Counted from the first letter of the stretch, positions 1 to 13,609 are shown. The stretch: 64,000 bases of DNA from Gammaproteobacteria bacterium (GCA_024234895.1 JACKNJ010000004.1:6791-70790); one strand, 5' to 3'. Translations and numbers: made by a program. The notes: generated by a model from the sequence alone, not told the origin.

Positions 1-176
1 TGATGCTGCGTCCAGGTCAGGATGGCGGCCCCGAGCAGGGTCAGCTGGGTCAGGCGGAACGCGATCAGGCGGCGGCTGTCCGGCAGGTACGCATCCAGCA
101 CCAGAATGAAGCTCGCCATCGCGAGCACGAAGATCTCGGCGGCCAGCGGGGCAAATTCGACGACGTCAGGGGTCAT
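1..176 (-). CDS. nuoN: NADH-quinone oxidoreductase subunit N. Only the N-terminal 58 codons are in the window; the gene continues past the left edge.
   Basis: The minus strand from 176 downward translates to MTPDVVEFAPLAAEIFVLAMASFILVLDAYLP..., a typical NuoN N-terminus. It sits 19 nt downstream of the nuoM stop, in the expected nuoM-then-nuoN order. Confidence 0.8.
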   Translation of the reverse strand, partial: MTPDVVEFAPLAAEIFVLAMASFILVLDAYLPDSRRLIAFRLTQLTLLGAAILTWTQH

Positions 177-195
177 AGACATTTCTCGTTGACCG

Positions 196-1713
196 TTACG
201 GCAGCTTCGACACGCTGATGTGCTGAACCAGGTTTTCGACCGAGGCATGCATGACCTGGGTCAGCGGCGCGGGATACACGCCCAGGGCCAGCACCGCGAT
301 CGCGAGCAGCGCCATGATCAGGAATTCGCGACGGTTGAGGTCTTCAAGACCGGCGACGTTGATGTTGACCACCGGCCCGTAGATCACGCGCTTGACCATC
401 CACAGCGTGTAGGCGGCGCCGAGAATCAGCGTGGTCGCGGCCAGGAAGGCGTACCAGAAATTGGCCTTGAACGCGGCCAGGATGACCATGAACTCGCCGA
501 CGAAGCCGGAGGTGCCGGGCAGGCCGGCGTTGGCCATCGCGAACAGCACAAAGAAGCCGGCGAACTTGGGCATGGTGTGCACGACACCGCCGTAGGCGCC
601 GATCTCGCGGCTGTGCACGCGGTCGTACATCACGCCGACGCCGAGGAACATCGCGCCGGAAATGAAGCCGTGCGAGATCATCTGCACCATGCCGCCCTCG
701 ATGCCGAGGACCGCGCCGCTGGTGCCGCCGGTGTTCTCCAGGATCGTGAAGATAATGAAGAAGCCCAGGGTCACGAAGCCCATGTGCGCGATCGACGAAT
801 ACGCGATCAGTTTCTTCATGTCGCTCTGCACCAGCGCGACGAAACCGATGTAGACGACCGCGATCAGCGACATGCCGATGATCAGCCAGTCGAGTTCCTT
901 CGAACCGTCCGGCGCGATCGGCAGCGAGAAGCGCAGGAAGCCGTAACCACCGATCTTCAGCATGATCGCCGCCAGGATCACCGAACCGCCGGTCGGCGCC
1001 TCGACGTGAGCATCCGGCAACCAGGTATGCACCGGCCACATCGGCACCTTGACCGCGAAGGCCAGCAAGAAGGCGATGAAGATCAGGATCTGCGCGTTCA
1101 GGCTCAACTTCAGGGTGTGGAAGTCGAGGATCGCGAAGCTGTCGGACTGCCAGTACATGTAGATCAGCGCGACCAGCATGAACACGGAGCCGAGGAAGGT
1201 GTACAGGAAGAACTTGATGGTGGCGTAGACGCGGTTCGGGCCGCCCCAGATGCCGATGATCAGGAACATCGGGATCAGCATGCCTTCCCAGAACACGTAG
1301 AACAGCATCGCGTCCAGCGCCGCGAACACGCCGTTCATGAAGCCTTCCATGATCAGGAAGGCCGCCATGTACTGACCCGGCTTGTTCTGGATGACCTCCC
1401 AACCGGCGATCACCACCAGCACGACGGTGAACGTGGTCAGCAGGATCAGCGGCATCGACAGGCCGTCGACACCGAGGTGGTAGTTGATGTTGAAGGCCGG
1501 GATCCAGGCAGCCTTCTCCTGGAACTGCATCGCGGCGGTGCTGCTGTCGAAGCCGGTCCACAGCGGCAGGCTGATCAGGAAGGTCGCGATGGACACCACC
1601 AGCGCCAGCCGGCGGGCGGCGTTGTCGGCATTCGAGCCGAGCGCGAGGATCAGGAAGCCGCCGATGATCGGCAGCCAGATGACGAGGCTCAGAAGAGGAA
1701 GATCAGTAAACAT
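196..1713 (-). CDS. nuoM: NADH-quinone oxidoreductase subunit M (ND4-like antiporter subunit)
   Basis: 505 aa polytopic membrane protein with the WLPDAHVEAPTGGSVILAAIMLKIGGYG motif diagnostic of NuoM/ND4. Position in the operon agrees. Confidence 0.9.
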   Translation of the reverse strand: MFTDLPLLSLVIWLPIIGGFLILALGSNADNAARRLALVVSIATFLISLPLWTGFDSSTAAMQFQEKAAWIPAFNINYHLGVDGLSMPLILLTTFTVVLVVIAGWEVIQNKPGQYMAAFLIMEGFMNGVFAALDAMLFYVFWEGMLIPMFLIIGIWGGPNRVYATIKFFLYTFLGSVFMLVALIYMYWQSDSFAILDFHTLKLSLNAQILIFIAFLLAFAVKVPMWPVHTWLPDAHVEAPTGGSVILAAIMLKIGGYGFLRFSLPIAPDGSKELDWLIIGMSLIAVVYIGFVALVQSDMKKLIAYSSIAHMGFVTLGFFIIFTILENTGGTSGAVLGIEGGMVQMISHGFISGAMFLGVGVMYDRVHSREIGAYGGVVHTMPKFAGFFVLFAMANAGLPGTSGFVGEFMVILAAFKANFWYAFLAATTLILGAAYTLWMVKRVIYGPVVNINVAGLEDLNRREFLIMALLAIAVLALGVYPAPLTQVMHASVENLVQHISVSKLP

Positions 1714-1722
1714 TCTTAATTC

Positions 1723-3735
1723 CTACCGAACCACGATCCAGGTGAGCAGCACCAGCAGGCCGATGATCATCGCGAAGGCGTAGTGGTACAGGTAACCGGT
1801 CTGCATATGACGCACGACCGAGGAGAACCAGCCGACCAGACGCGCGCTGCCGTTGACCAGGGTGCCGTCGATCAGCTTCTGGTCACCGACCTTCCAGAGC
1901 ACCTCGCCGATACCCCGGCTGCGGTCGCCGAAGACCATCTGGTTGAAATCGTCGAAGCCGTACTTGTTCTCGAGCATGCGGTGGATCGGCGCGAACATGG
2001 ACTGCGCCTTGTCGGCGATATCCGGGCGCTTCATGTAGATGAACCAGGCCGTGCCGACACCCGCCACCGCCAGCCAGAACGGCAGCGTGAAGAAGCTGTG
2101 CGTGATCATGCCGAGCGCGCCGTGGAACGACTCGCCGACCATGGCCATCGCCGGATGCGCGTCCGTGAACAGGATGGCGTCGCCGAAGTAATCGCCGAAC
2201 AGCACCGGACCGACGGTGAAGTAACCTATCAACACGGACGGGATCGCCAGCAGCATCAGCGGCACGGTAACGACCCACGGGGTCTCATGCAGATGATGCT
2301 TGGTGTGCTCGTCCATGCGCTCCTGGCCATGGAAGACCAGGAAGAACATGCGGAAGCTGTACAGCGCGGTGATGAAGACACCGGCGGTGACCGCGAAATA
2401 GGCCAGCGAGGAACCCGGGATGGTCGACTGCCCCACCGCCAGGATGATGCTGTCCTTGGAGAAGAAGCCGGAGAAGCCCGGGGTGCCGATCAGCGCGAGC
2501 GAGCCCAGCAACGAGGTCCAGTAGGTGATCGGCAGGTACTTCTTCAGACCGCCCATCTTGCGCATGTCCTGCTCGTGATGCATCGCAATGATCACGGAAC
2601 CGGCGGCGAGGAACAGCAGCGCCTTGAAGAAGGCGTGGGTCATGAGGTGGAAGATCGCGGCGGAGTATGCCGACGCACCGAGCGCGACGGTCATGTAACC
2701 GAGCTGCGACAGCGTCGAGTACGCGACCACGCGCTTGATGTCGTGCTGCACCAGGCCGAGCAGGCCGGTGAAGAACGCGGTCATCGCACCGATGACGAGG
2801 ATTACCGACAGCGCGGTGGTCGACAGTTCATAGATCGGCGACATGCGCGCGACCATGAAGATACCGGCGGTGACCATGGTCGCGGCGTGGATCAGCGCGG
2901 AGATCGGGGTCGGGCCTTCCATGGAATCGGGCAGCCACACGTGCAGCGGCATCTGCGCCGACTTACCCATGGCGCCGATGAACAGCAGGATGCCGATCAC
3001 GCTCATCAGCGCCCAATCGGTGCCCTCGAAGATCTGGATGGTCACGTTGGCCAGTTCCGGGGCCTTCGCGAACACCTCGGAATAGTTCAGCGTGTCGAAA
3101 TACATCAGCACCGCAGCGATGCCGAGCAGGAAGCCGAAGTCGCCGACGCGGTTGACCAGGAAGGCCTTCAGGTTGGCGTAGATCGCGGTCTCGCGGGTCG
3201 ACCAGAAACCGATCAGCAGGTAGGACACGACACCGACCGCCTCCCAGCCGAAGAACAACTGCATGAAGTTGTTCGACATGACCAGCATCAGCATCGAGAA
3301 CGTGAACAGCGAGATGTAGGAGAAGAAACGCTGGTAGCTGTGCTTGCCGGCCAGGGACTTCTCGTCCCAGTTGTGCTCGTCGTCGGCCATGTAGCCGATG
3401 GTGTAGATGTGCACCATCAGCGACACGAAGGTCACCACGGTCATCATCAGCACGGTGAGCTTGTCGACCAGGAAGCCGACCTCGAACTTCACGCCCTCGC
3501 TGACCAGCCACGTATAGATGGTCTGATCGAACTTCTGCGCACCGTCGAACACCAGCGCCTTGAACACACTGGCCGACAGGATGAAGGAGATCGCGACGCC
3601 GATGATCGTCACCCAATGGGCGCCGGCACGACCGACCTGCTTGCTGAACAGCCCGGCGATGACGGAGCCGACCAGTGGAGCCAGCACGATGGTCAGCAGC
3701 ACATTCTCGGAAAGGGTCATGTCCATGTTCATCAA
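1723..3735 (-). CDS. nuoL: NADH-quinone oxidoreductase subunit L
   Basis: 670 aa membrane protein with the [14 protein letters not shown] motif (NuoL/ND5). Its start overlaps the nuoK stop in an ATGA arrangement. Confidence 0.9.
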   Translation of the reverse strand: MMNMDMTLSENVLLTIVLAPLVGSVIAGLFSKQVGRAGAHWVTIIGVAISFILSASVFKALVFDGAQKFDQTIYTWLVSEGVKFEVGFLVDKLTVLMMTVVTFVSLMVHIYTIGYMADDEHNWDEKSLAGKHSYQRFFSYISLFTFSMLMLVMSNNFMQLFFGWEAVGVVSYLLIGFWSTRETAIYANLKAFLVNRVGDFGFLLGIAAVLMYFDTLNYSEVFAKAPELANVTIQIFEGTDWALMSVIGILLFIGAMGKSAQMPLHVWLPDSMEGPTPISALIHAATMVTAGIFMVARMSPIYELSTTALSVILVIGAMTAFFTGLLGLVQHDIKRVVAYSTLSQLGYMTVALGASAYSAAIFHLMTHAFFKALLFLAAGSVIIAMHHEQDMRKMGGLKKYLPITYWTSLLGSLALIGTPGFSGFFSKDSIILAVGQSTIPGSSLAYFAVTAGVFITALYSFRMFFLVFHGQERMDEHTKHHLHETPWVVTVPLMLLAIPSVLIGYFTVGPVLFGDYFGDAILFTDAHPAMAMVGESFHGALGMITHSFFTLPFWLAVAGVGTAWFIYMKRPDIADKAQSMFAPIHRMLENKYGFDDFNQMVFGDRSRGIGEVLWKVGDQKLIDGTLVNGSARLVGWFSSVVRHMQTGYLYHYAFAMIIGLLVLLTWIVVR

Positions 3736-4037
3736 CCCTTCATCGCGTCGAGGTCTTCGACGTTGATGGTGCTGCGGTTACGGAACAGGACCACCAGGAT
3801 CGCGAGACCGATCGCGGCCTCGGCGGCAGCCACCGTGAGGATGAAGAACACGAAGATCTGCCCGGCGGTGTCGCCCAGATAATGCGAGAACGCAACGAAA
3901 TTGGTGTTCACCGCGAGCAGCATCAGTTCGATGCTCATCAGCAGGATGATCACGTTCTTCCGGTTCAGGAAGATGCCCGCAACGCTGAGGCAGAACAGGA
4001 TCGCGCTCAGGATCAGGTAATGTGACAAACCGACCAT
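3732..4037 (-). CDS. nuoK: NADH-quinone oxidoreductase subunit K
   Basis: 101 aa protein with three TM helices and the [14 protein letters not shown] motif. Lies between nuoJ and nuoL. Confidence 0.9.
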   Translation of the reverse strand: MVGLSHYLILSAILFCLSVAGIFLNRKNVIILLMSIELMLLAVNTNFVAFSHYLGDTAGQIFVFFILTVAAAEAAIGLAILVVLFRNRSTINVEDLDAMKG

Positions 4038-4122
4038 CGGTCCCCCTTGTGGACGGGTTCAGCCCGACCGTAATTCTTGGAGGTCGCGCACTCTGCCGCG
4101 ACCCGCATGTTCGTTGAGCTGC

Positions 4123-4719
4123 TTACTTCTTCGGTTCCGCCGGCATCTTGACCAGGCGCACCCGGTCGGCGCGCTTGACCATGACCTGCTTGGCCGGATC
4201 CTGATGCTTGGTGCCCTCACGACGACGCAGGGTCAGCGTGATCGCGGCGATGATCGCGACCAGCAGGATCACCGCGGCGAGTTCGAACGGGTACACATAA
4301 ACGGTGTACAGCACACCGCCGAGTTCCTCGGTGTTGCTGTAGTCGGCGGGCTTCGGCACGGGCGCGGGCGTATCGCCATAACGCGCCGTCAGCACCATGA
4401 CCATCTCGATCACGATGATGCCGGCGACCGCGATGCCGACCGGCAGATAGCGGATGAAGCCCTCGCGCAGCGGCACCAGGTTGATGTCGAGCATCATGAC
4501 CACGAACAGGAACAGCACCATGACCGCGCCGACGTAGACCAGCACCAGGGTGATGGCGAGGAACTCGGCCTCCAGCAGCAGCCAGATCGCGGCGGTGGTG
4601 AAGAAGGCCAGCACCAGATACAGCGCCGAGTGCACCGGGTTGTTCGAGGAGATCACGCGGATGCCGGCGAACACGGCGATACCGGCGAAGACATAGAAAA
4701 CGAGGTCGGTGAATGCCAT
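4123..4719 (-). CDS. nuoJ: NADH-quinone oxidoreductase subunit J
   Basis: 198 aa hydrophobic protein in the correct operon slot. It has a C-terminal charged tail. Confidence 0.85.
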   Translation of the reverse strand: MAFTDLVFYVFAGIAVFAGIRVISSNNPVHSALYLVLAFFTTAAIWLLLEAEFLAITLVLVYVGAVMVLFLFVVMMLDINLVPLREGFIRYLPVGIAVAGIIVIEMVMVLTARYGDTPAPVPKPADYSNTEELGGVLYTVYVYPFELAAVILLVAIIAAITLTLRRREGTKHQDPAKQVMVKRADRVRLVKMPAEPKK

Positions 4720-4725
4720 GGCCTG

Positions 4726-5220
4726 TTACCTGTACGGCGCATCGGCGGCCTTGGCCGCGGCGATGTCCGCCTCGTACTTGTCGCCGATGGCGAGCAGCTT
4801 GTCCTTGGTCATGATGTTCTCGCCCCGATTCTCGAAGTGGTACTCGAACACCGGCGTCTCGACGATCGCGTCGACCGGGCAGGCCTCTTCGCAGAAGCCG
4901 CAGTAGATGCACTTGAACAGATCGATGTCGTAGCGCGTGGTGCGACGCGAACCGTCGGCGCGCTGCGCGGACTCGATGGTGATGGCCAGCGCCGGGCAGA
5001 CAGCCTCACAGAGCTTGCAGGCGATGCAGCGCTCTTCCCCGTTCGGATAGCGACGCTGCGCGTGCAGGCCCCGGAAGCGCGGCGACATCGGCGTCTTCTC
5101 TTCCGGGTACTGCACGGTGATCTTGGGGCTGAAGAAGCGGCGGCCGGTGACCGACATGCCCTTCAGCAGTTCCAGCAGGAACAGGCTTTTGACGTAACCG
5201 CCTACGGCTTTCAAGGTCAT
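4726..5220 (-). CDS. nuoI: NADH-quinone oxidoreductase subunit I (2x[4Fe-4S] ferredoxin)
   Basis: 164 aa with two CxxCxxCxxxCP motifs ([12 protein letters not shown] and [12 protein letters not shown]). Confidence 0.92.
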   Translation of the reverse strand: MTLKAVGGYVKSLFLLELLKGMSVTGRRFFSPKITVQYPEEKTPMSPRFRGLHAQRRYPNGEERCIACKLCEAVCPALAITIESAQRADGSRRTTRYDIDLFKCIYCGFCEEACPVDAIVETPVFEYHFENRGENIMTKDKLLAIGDKYEADIAAAKAADAPYR

Positions 5221-5231
5221 TTCGGGTTACC

Positions 5232-6263
5232 TCACGCGAACCAGGGGCCAAGCTTGACGTAAACGAATACGCCCTCGACTACCAGCCAGACAATGGTCAG
5301 CGGGATGAACACCTTCCAGCCCAGACGCATGATCTGGTCGTAGCGATAACGCGGGAAGGTGGCGCGGAACCACAGGAACAGCAGCAGGAAGAAGCTGATC
5401 TTGGCGAGCAGCCAGAAGACGCTCGGCTCACCGATGACCGGGATGCCCGGGAACGGGCTGTACCAGCCGCCCATGAACATGATCGAGGTCAGCGCCGCAA
5501 TCAGGATCATGTTGGCGTACTCGGCCAGGAAGAAGACCGCGAAGGTCATGCCCGAGTACTCGACGTGGAAACCGGCGACGATCTCGGACTCGCCTTCCGC
5601 AACGTCGAACGGCGCGCGGTTGGTCTCGGCGACGCCGGAGATGAAGTAGATCAGGAACAGCGGGAACAGAGGCAACCAGTACCAATGCAGGAAGCCACCT
5701 TCCTGCGCCTGCACGATCTTCTCCAGGTTCAGCGAGCCGGCGGCCATCAGCACGCCGACCAGGGCGAAGCCCATCGCGATCTCGTAGGCGACGATCTGCG
5801 CGGCCGAGCGCAACGCGCCGAGGAAGGCGTACTTCGAGTTGGAGGCCCAGCCCGCGATGATGACGCCGTAGACACCGACCGAGGTCAGCGCCAGCACGTA
5901 GAGCAGACCGGCATCAAGGTTCGACAGGATCATGCCGTCGCCGAACGGGATCACGGCCCAGGCGGCCAGGGCCGGCATGATCGACAGCACTGGCGCGACC
6001 ACGAACAGGAAGCGGTTGGCGCTGCTCGGGAGAATGATCTCCTTGAACATCAGCTTCACGGCGTCGGCGATCGGCTGCAGCCAGCCGCGCGGACCGACGC
6101 GGTTCGGGCCGATGCGCACCTGCATGTAGCCGATGATCTTGCGCTCGGCGAAGGTCAGATACGCGACGCCGAGCATCAGTGGCATCACGATGATCATGAT
6201 CTTGGTCAGAATCTGCACGACCAGCGGCAGATCGGCATAGAAAGCCATCACGGGATCAAACAT
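5232..6263 (-). CDS. nuoH: NADH-quinone oxidoreductase subunit H
   Basis: 343 aa membrane protein whose translation matches the NuoH/ND1 family (…[20 protein letters not shown]…). Confidence 0.92.
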   Translation of the reverse strand: MFDPVMAFYADLPLVVQILTKIMIIVMPLMLGVAYLTFAERKIIGYMQVRIGPNRVGPRGWLQPIADAVKLMFKEIILPSSANRFLFVVAPVLSIMPALAAWAVIPFGDGMILSNLDAGLLYVLALTSVGVYGVIIAGWASNSKYAFLGALRSAAQIVAYEIAMGFALVGVLMAAGSLNLEKIVQAQEGGFLHWYWLPLFPLFLIYFISGVAETNRAPFDVAEGESEIVAGFHVEYSGMTFAVFFLAEYANMILIAALTSIMFMGGWYSPFPGIPVIGEPSVFWLLAKISFFLLLFLWFRATFPRYRYDQIMRLGWKVFIPLTIVWLVVEGVFVYVKLGPWFA

Positions 6264-6266
6264 CGC

Positions 6267-8581
6267 TTACGCTCGCTCCAGTTCCGCCGGACCCATCGCC
6301 GCGCCGAGGCTGGCCGTGTCGGGCACACCGGTCGGCACCCACACACAGCCGCTGGCGATGCGGTCATCGATTTCCAGACGCAACACGACGCGCGCGTCAC
6401 CCTGCTTCACCGCGATCATCGCAGCCTCGCCGAGACCCAGATCGTTGGCGTCCTTGCTGTTCAGGCGCGCGACCGTCTGACCGGCATCACCGGTGTGCTG
6501 CAAGGCGCCGGCACGGCGGACCTGCATGTCGACTGCATAGATCGGAGTCTCGCCGATGCGCCAGAACTTCGCCTTGGCCGCAGTACCGTTCGCGCCACCG
6601 GAGACCTTGTTCTCCGAGGTCAGATCGCAGGCGGCGTCGATGATCTCGTCGCGGACCTCTTCCGAACTCATCTGCTCGAAACCCTCGTACTCACCGAGAT
6701 TGCCGAGCACGCGCAGGATCTTCCAGGCCGGACGGGCTTCGCCCTTCGGCGCGACCGCGCCGTTGAACGACTGCCAGCGGCCTTCGGCATTGACGAAGGT
6801 GCCCGAGGTCTCACCCCAGGCGGCGGCCGGCAGCAGCACGTGCGCCTGCTCTTTCAGTTCGTCGCTGGCATAGGCCGTGATCGCGACCACCGCTCCGGCA
6901 GCCGCGAGACTGCGGCGAGCGGCACCGGCATCGGCGCTGTCCAGACCCGGCTCGACGCCGATCAGCAAATAACCATTCAGGCCGTCGGTCAGCATCTGGC
7001 TCGCGTTCTTGCCAGCGGTCACGGAAGCACCCACCGGACCGCGATGCGGAACCGCACCAGACAGCCAGGCGCCGGCGGCATTCGCGCCTTCGGTCAGATA
7101 ACCGAAGCTCGCACCGGTGGCGTCCGCAATCGCGCGACCCAGCGCGCGGACCTTGGACGCTTCCGCGTGATTCATGCCCAGCGCACCGACGATGACGGCG
7201 GCGTTCTCGGCATTCTGGAGGTCTTCGACAGCCCGCTTGGCTTCCGGACTGCCCTTGCCGCCGGCAGCGGCTTTCAGGCCTTCCAGCGCCTCGATCAGCG
7301 CATGACCACCGGCAACCGTGTTGCTCGCCAGCGGCATGTTGAAGTCGTACTCGACCGGGTTCACGCAGTGCACGGCGGCACCCTTGACGGCGGCCTTGCG
7401 CAGACGGTGCGCGGCGATCGGCTGTTCCTTGCGCAGGTTGGAACCAATCAGTAGCGCCGCGTTCAGGTTCTCGATGCCGGCGATCGGCAGACCCAGCGAC
7501 GGATACACGTCCATGCCGGCGTCGTCGCTGAAATCACTCTGACGCAGACGGTGATCGATGTTGTTGCTGCCCATCGCGCGCATCAGCTTCTGCGCGAGCA
7601 CCATCTCCTCGACGGTCGCGGACGGCGAAATCAGGCAACCCAGGTCATCGCCGCTGCCCTGCTCGACAACACCGCGCAAGGCCTGGGACGCGGCATGCAG
7701 CGCACTTTCCCATTCGGTCTCACGCCACTTGCCGTTCTCCTTGACCATCGGCTTGAGCAGACGCTCGTCGCTGTTCAAGGCCTCGTAGCTGAAGCGGTCG
7801 CGATCGGACAGCCAGACCTCATTGACGTCTTCATTCATGCGCGGAATCACACGCTGAATGTCTTTCGCCAGCGAGTGCATGGAAACGTTGGAACCAATGC
7901 AGTCGTGCGGCGCGACGCCGGCGTGCTGGGTCAGTTCCCAGACGCGGGCGCGGTAACGGAACGGCTTGGAGGTCAGCGCGCCGACCGGGCACACGTCGAT
8001 GACGTTGCCGGACATCTCGGAATCGACGCTGCGCTCGATGTAGGTGCCGATGCGGGTGTTCTCACCGCGACCGGTGGCGCCGAGTTCCTTGTAGCCGCCG
8101 ACCAGTTCCAGGGTGCGGATGCAGCGCGTGCAATGGATGCAGCGCGTCATCTCGGTGGCGATCAGCGGGCCGATGTTCTTGTCGGCGACTACGCGCTTGC
8201 GCTCGACGAAGCGGGACACGCCACGGCCGTAGCCCAACGCAACGTCCTGCAATTCGCATTCGCCGCCCTGATCGCAGATCGGGCAGTCCAGCGGGTGGTT
8301 GATCAGCAGGAACTCCATGACCGCCTTCTGGGCGTTCAGGGCGCGTTCCGACTGAGTGCGGACGATCATGCCGTCCATGACCGGGGTCGCGCAGGCCGGC
8401 AGCGGCTTGGGGGCGCGCTCGACATCGACCAGACACATGCGGCAGTTGGCCGCGATCGGCAGCTTTTCGTGGTAGCAGAAGCGCGGGATCGGAATCCCCT
8501 CGCGGTCGGCGACCTGGATCAGCATCTCGCCCTTGCGGGCCGCGCAGGACTTGCCGTTGATGAAGATGTTGACGGTGTCGC

Positions 8582-8585
<4 letters not shown>
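6267..8585 (-). CDS. nuoG: NADH-quinone oxidoreductase subunit G. This is the short form of about 772 aa, with no long C-terminal extension.
   Basis: N-terminal 2Fe-2S and 4Fe-4S cysteine motifs ([14 protein letters not shown]…[19 protein letters not shown]…[17 protein letters not shown]). The start is placed at MSDTV (8585), abutting the nuoF stop; the ORF-track start at 8720 would overlap nuoF. Confidence 0.85.
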
Positions 8586-9886
<1,301 letters not shown>

Positions 9887-9889
9887 CGT

Positions 9890-10393
9890 TTACTCCAGCC
9901 CGTCCAGGATCGCGTCGACCTTCGCCAACGTCAGGTTCTCGTGATAGTGGCCGTCGACCGCCATCATCGGGCCGCCGACACAGGCCGCCAGGCATTCCTC
10001 TTCCGGAATCAGCGTGATGCGGCCGTCGGCGGTGGTCTCACCGATCTTGATGCCGAGGCGCTTCTCCATGTGCGCGAGGATCTTGTCCGCGCCGCGCAAC
10101 ATGCAGGAGATGTTCTTGCACAGCGAGATCTTGTGCCGACCGACCGGCTTGGTCTGCAACATCGAGTAGAAGGTCGCGACCTCGTAGACGGAGACCTTCG
10201 GCATGCCGAGGTACTCGGCGACCGCATCCATCATGTCCTCGCTCAGCCAGCCCTCGTGGGCTTCCTGGACGATGTTCAGCGCCGGGATCACCGCCGACTG
10301 CTTCTGCTCGGCCGGATACTTGGCGACCCAGTGGTCGATCTCGGCCCGCACCTCTTTGGTGAGGAGCTGCGGGTAACTGGTCGTGGAACTCAA
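9890..10393 (-). CDS. nuoE: NADH-quinone oxidoreductase subunit E
   Basis: 167 aa thioredoxin-like 2Fe-2S subunit with spaced cysteines (…[12 protein letters not shown]…[12 protein letters not shown]). Confidence 0.9.
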   Translation of the reverse strand: MSSTTSYPQLLTKEVRAEIDHWVAKYPAEQKQSAVIPALNIVQEAHEGWLSEDMMDAVAEYLGMPKVSVYEVATFYSMLQTKPVGRHKISLCKNISCMLRGADKILAHMEKRLGIKIGETTADGRITLIPEEECLAACVGGPMMAVDGHYHENLTLAKVDAILDGLE

Positions 10394-11643
10394 CGGTCAA
10401 CCTCCCCGAAAACGAGGTCCTGGGTGCCGATCACGGAGACCACGTCAGCCAGCATGTGGCCGCGCACCATCTCGTCGAGAGCGGAAATGTGGACGAAGCC
10501 CGGCGCGCGGATCTTCACGCGATACGGCTTGTTGGCGCCGTCCGAGATCATGTAGATGCCGAACTCGCCCTTGGGATGCTCGACCGCGGCATAGGCCTCG
10601 CCCTGCGGCAGGCAGTAGCCTTCGGTGAACAGCTTGAAATGGTGGATCAGGGCTTCCATGTCGCCCTTCATGTCGGTGCGGCTCGGCGGCGCGACCTTGG
10701 AGCCTTCCGGCATGACCGGACCGGCGTTCACGCGCAGCCAGTCGACGCACTGTTTGATGATGCGATTGGACTGGCGCATCTCTTCCATGCGCACCAGGTA
10801 ACGGTCGTAGCAGTCGCCGTTGACGCCGACCGGGATGTCGAAATCCATGCGGTCATAGACCTCGTAGGGCTGCTTCTTGCGCAGGTCCCAGGCGATGCCG
10901 GAGCCGCGGATCATCGGGCCGGTGAAGCCCAGCGCGACGGCGCGATCCGGATCGACCACACCGATATTGACGGTGCGCTGCTTCCAGATGCGGTTGTCGG
11001 TCAGCAGGGTCTCGTATTCATCGACGCAGGCCGGGAAGCGGGCGCAGAAGTCGTCGAGGAAGTCGAGCATCGAACCTTCGCGGTTCGCGTTCAGCTTCTT
11101 GACCTCGGCCTCCGAACGCCACTTCGACGCCTTGTACTTCGGCATCACGTCCGGCAGGTCGCGGTAGACGCCGCCCGGGCGGTAATAGGTCGCGTGCAGA
11201 CGCGCGCCGGAGACCGCCTCGTAGCAGTCCATCAGGTCCTCACGCTCGCGGAAGGCGTACAGGAACATGGTCATCGCGCCGATATCCAGCGCGTGCGCCC
11301 CGATCCACAGCAGGTGGTTCAGGATGCGGGTGACCTCGTCGAACATCACGCGGATGTACTGCGCGCGCAGCGGCACCTCGACGCCGGCGAGCCTCTCGAC
11401 CGCCATCACGTAGGCGTGCTCGTTGCACATCATGGAGACGTAATCGAGACGGTCCATGTAGCCGATCGACTGGTTGTACGGTTTGCTCTCGGCGAGTTTC
11501 TCGGTGCCGCGATGCAGCAGGCCGATGTGCGGATCGGCGCGCATGATGACCTCGCCTTCCATCTCCAGCACCAGGCGCAGCACACCGTGCGCAGCCGGAT
11601 GCTGGGGACCGAAGTTCAGGGTCATGTTCTGGATTTCAGCCAT
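10390..11643 (-). CDS. nuoD: NADH-quinone oxidoreductase subunit D. It is a separate gene, not fused to nuoC.
   Basis: The [32 protein letters not shown]-terminus is canonical NuoD. The start is chosen at MAEIQN; the upstream in-frame Met of the ORF track would overlap nuoC. Confidence 0.88.
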   Translation of the reverse strand: MAEIQNMTLNFGPQHPAAHGVLRLVLEMEGEVIMRADPHIGLLHRGTEKLAESKPYNQSIGYMDRLDYVSMMCNEHAYVMAVERLAGVEVPLRAQYIRVMFDEVTRILNHLLWIGAHALDIGAMTMFLYAFREREDLMDCYEAVSGARLHATYYRPGGVYRDLPDVMPKYKASKWRSEAEVKKLNANREGSMLDFLDDFCARFPACVDEYETLLTDNRIWKQRTVNIGVVDPDRAVALGFTGPMIRGSGIAWDLRKKQPYEVYDRMDFDIPVGVNGDCYDRYLVRMEEMRQSNRIIKQCVDWLRVNAGPVMPEGSKVAPPSRTDMKGDMEALIHHFKLFTEGYCLPQGEAYAAVEHPKGEFGIYMISDGANKPYRVKIRAPGFVHISALDEMVRGHMLADVVSVIGTQDLVFGEVDR

Positions 11644-12343
11644 TGGCATCGCCTCCGGTAGTGCCGTCGACGCCAACAGGAATGGCGCCGTAGCGGCTGT
11701 CGTGGCGGATCACGCGCGGCACCAGCACGCGCGGCTCGATCGACACCGGCTGATAGACGACGCGGCCCTTGGCCTCGTCGTACCGGACCTCGACGTGGCC
11801 GGTCAGCGGGAAATCCTTGCGGAACGGATGGCCGACGAAGCCGTAGTCGGTGAGGATGCGGCGCAGGTCCGGGTGCCCGTCGAAGAGGATGCCGAACAGG
11901 TCGAAGGCCTCGCGTTCGAACCAGTTGGCGGTCGGCCAGATATCGACCACGGAAGCGATCAGCGGGAAGGCGTCATCGGGCAGGAAGGCCTTGACGCGCA
12001 TGCGCTCGTTACGGGTCACGGAGAGCAGGTGGTAGACGACCGCGAAACGGCGCTCATTCTTCGCGACCTTGCCGTCGACACCGGCCTCGCGACCACGGCT
12101 GAAGCCGGAACCGCTGACTGTTTCGGTTTCCCACTCGACCTGTCCGTAGGCAGCATAGTCAACGCCACACAGATCGATCATCTGCTTGAATTCGAAGCCA
12201 TCCTCATCGCGCAGCGCGGTCATCACCTCGGTGACGGCGCCGGCCGGGATTTCCATCGTGGTCTCGCCCAGGGCTTCGACGATCGTCGGCGCATGCGCCG
12301 CGAAGCGTTCCTGCAGGCGAGCGGAGAGCGTGCTTTCAGACAA
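11636..12343 (-). CDS. nuoC: NADH-quinone oxidoreductase subunit C
   Basis: 235 aa 30-kDa subunit family (…[22 protein letters not shown]…). Confidence 0.88.
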   Translation of the reverse strand: MSESTLSARLQERFAAHAPTIVEALGETTMEIPAGAVTEVMTALRDEDGFEFKQMIDLCGVDYAAYGQVEWETETVSGSGFSRGREAGVDGKVAKNERRFAVVYHLLSVTRNERMRVKAFLPDDAFPLIASVVDIWPTANWFEREAFDLFGILFDGHPDLRRILTDYGFVGHPFRKDFPLTGHVEVRYDEAKGRVVYQPVSIEPRVLVPRVIRHDSRYGAIPVGVDGTTGGDANG

Positions 12344-12358
12344 GTCGTTCTCCCCTTA

Positions 12359-12853
12359 TCAGGCGGCGTTGGCCGGCGTGCGCGCAATCGTATTGGTGCG
12401 GCGGATCTTGTTCTGGAGCTGCAATATTCCGTACAGCAGCGCCTCGGCGGTCGGCGGACAGCCCGGGACGTAGATATCGACCGGGACCACGCGATCACAA
12501 CCGCGCACCACCGCGTAGGAATAGTGGTAGTAGCCGCCGCCGTTCGCGCAGGAACCCATGGAGATCACCCAGCGCGGCTCGGCCATCTGGTCGTACACCT
12601 TGCGCAGGGCCGGGGCCATCTTGTTGGTCAACGTGCCGGCCACGATCATCACGTCGGACTGACGCGGGCTCGGGCGGAAGATGATGCCGAAGCGATCCAG
12701 GTCGTAGCGCGACGCGCCAGCCTGCATCATCTCGACCGCGCAGCAGGCCAGCCCGAAGGTCATCGGCCACAGCGAACCGGTACGCGCCCAGTTGATGAGC
12801 TTGTCGGCGGAAGTGGTGACCCACCCCTTCTCGAGGACGCCTTCTATTCCCAT
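12359..12853 (-). CDS. nuoB: NADH-quinone oxidoreductase subunit B
   Basis: The [44 protein letters not shown]-terminus is canonical NuoB. The ORF-track 5' extension (to 13072) is rejected because it overlaps nuoA and is Arg-rich junk. Confidence 0.88.
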   Translation of the reverse strand: MGIEGVLEKGWVTTSADKLINWARTGSLWPMTFGLACCAVEMMQAGASRYDLDRFGIIFRPSPRQSDVMIVAGTLTNKMAPALRKVYDQMAEPRWVISMGSCANGGGYYHYSYAVVRGCDRVVPVDIYVPGCPPTAEALLYGILQLQNKIRRTNTIARTPANAA

Positions 12854-13218
12854 TCCAAGGCCCCCTTCTTCCACTCGTAGATGAAGCCGATCACGAGCAC
12901 GCCGAGGAAGACAGCCATCGCGAGCAGGCCAAACAGGCCGATCTCGTCGAGCACCACCGACCACGGAAACAGGAAGGCGATCTCGAGATCGAAGATGATG
13001 AACAGGATCGCGACCAGGTAGTAGCGAACATCGAACTTGATGCGGGAGTCTTCGAAGGGCTCGAAGCCGCATTCGTACGCGGAGGTCTTCTCATCGTCCG
13101 GCTTGCGCGGCGCGAGAATGAAGCCGGCAAGCATCGGACCGACGCCGAAGCCAAGGCCGATCATCAGAAAGATCAGCACCGGCAGATAATTGTCCAGCAT
13201 CAAAGCGTCTGGCATTGC
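12844..13218 (-). CDS. nuoA: NADH-quinone oxidoreductase subunit A
   Basis: About 120 aa with three TM helices and the AYECGFEPF motif. The start is tentatively [10 protein letters not shown], with a GGAG ribosome-binding site 9 nt upstream; alternative starts lie a few codons either side. Confidence 0.85.
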   Translation of the reverse strand, partial: AMPDALMLDNYLPVLIFLMIGLGFGVGPMLAGFILAPRKPDDEKTSAYECGFEPFEDSRIKFDVRYYLVAILFIIFDLEIAFLFPWSVVLDEIGLFGLLAMAVFLGVLVIGFIYEWKKGALEWE

Positions 13219-13456
13219 GTTCGACTCCACCTGCGTTTTATCGACGCCGATGCAGGCGTCGAGTGCGGCCTTAGTGATACTGGTTATTAGCCGCAGCGCG
13301 AAAAGGTCACGCAGTCTAGGCGAGCGCGAAAGAGCGTGTCAAGCAACCCAAAAGAGAGATTTTTCTTGATTTTCAGGCACTTAACAAAATTGTCATGACA
13401 TGGTCATAGGTGGTTTTTATGACTTCACGCCAACATTGCCAGACCCCGGAAATGCA

Positions 13457-13494
13457 AACGGCGGACAGGTAATGAAACCTGCCCGCCGTTTGGC
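13457..13494 (-). terminator. Rho-independent terminator downstream of tRNA-Leu
   Basis: Perfect hairpin aaacggcgggcaggtttcattacctgtccgccgttt immediately 3' of the tRNA on the minus strand. Confidence 0.6.
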
Positions 13495-13500
13495 TCTGGA

Positions 13501-13585
13501 TGGTACCGACGGCCGGACTCGAACCGGCACGGCTTGCGCCACTACCCCCTCAAGATAGCGTGTCTACCAATTTCACCACGTCGGC
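13501..13585 (-). tRNA. leuU: tRNA-Leu(GAG), class II with long variable arm
   Basis: The reverse complement folds as a cloverleaf: GCCGACGTGGTGAAATTGGTAGACACGCTATCTTGAGGGGGTAGTGGCGCAAGCCGTGCCGGTTCGAGTCCGGCCGTCGGTACCA. The anticodon loop TTGAGGG gives anticodon GAG. It sits next to secG, as in E. coli and Pseudomonas. Confidence 0.9.
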
Positions 13586-13609
13586 AAAAACTTTTTATCA
13601 AGAACGTTG

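Noticed and set aside
3-218. A 71-aa plus-strand ORF at the left edge
   Set aside because: The minus strand here encodes the NuoN N-terminus (MTPDVVEFAPLAAEIFVLAMASF…), so the plus ORF is antisense noise.
220-3882. Plus-strand ORFs of 499 and 699 aa overlapping nuoM and nuoL
   Set aside because: They are antisense artefacts for the same GC-composition reason, and the products are Arg/His/Asp-rich junk. Similar antisense ORFs opposite nuoH/nuoG (5565-7454), nuoD (10456-11661), nuoB/nuoC (11474-12880), the hybrid kinase (36172-38709), pnp (46204-48477) and ppsA (57955-60021) were rejected likewise.
4038-4122. A possible REP remnant in the nuoK-nuoJ spacer (gggttcagcccgacc and the gtcgcgcactctgccgcgac hairpin)
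   Set aside because: Only weak similarity to the REP consensus, and the 6-bp stem is too short to call.
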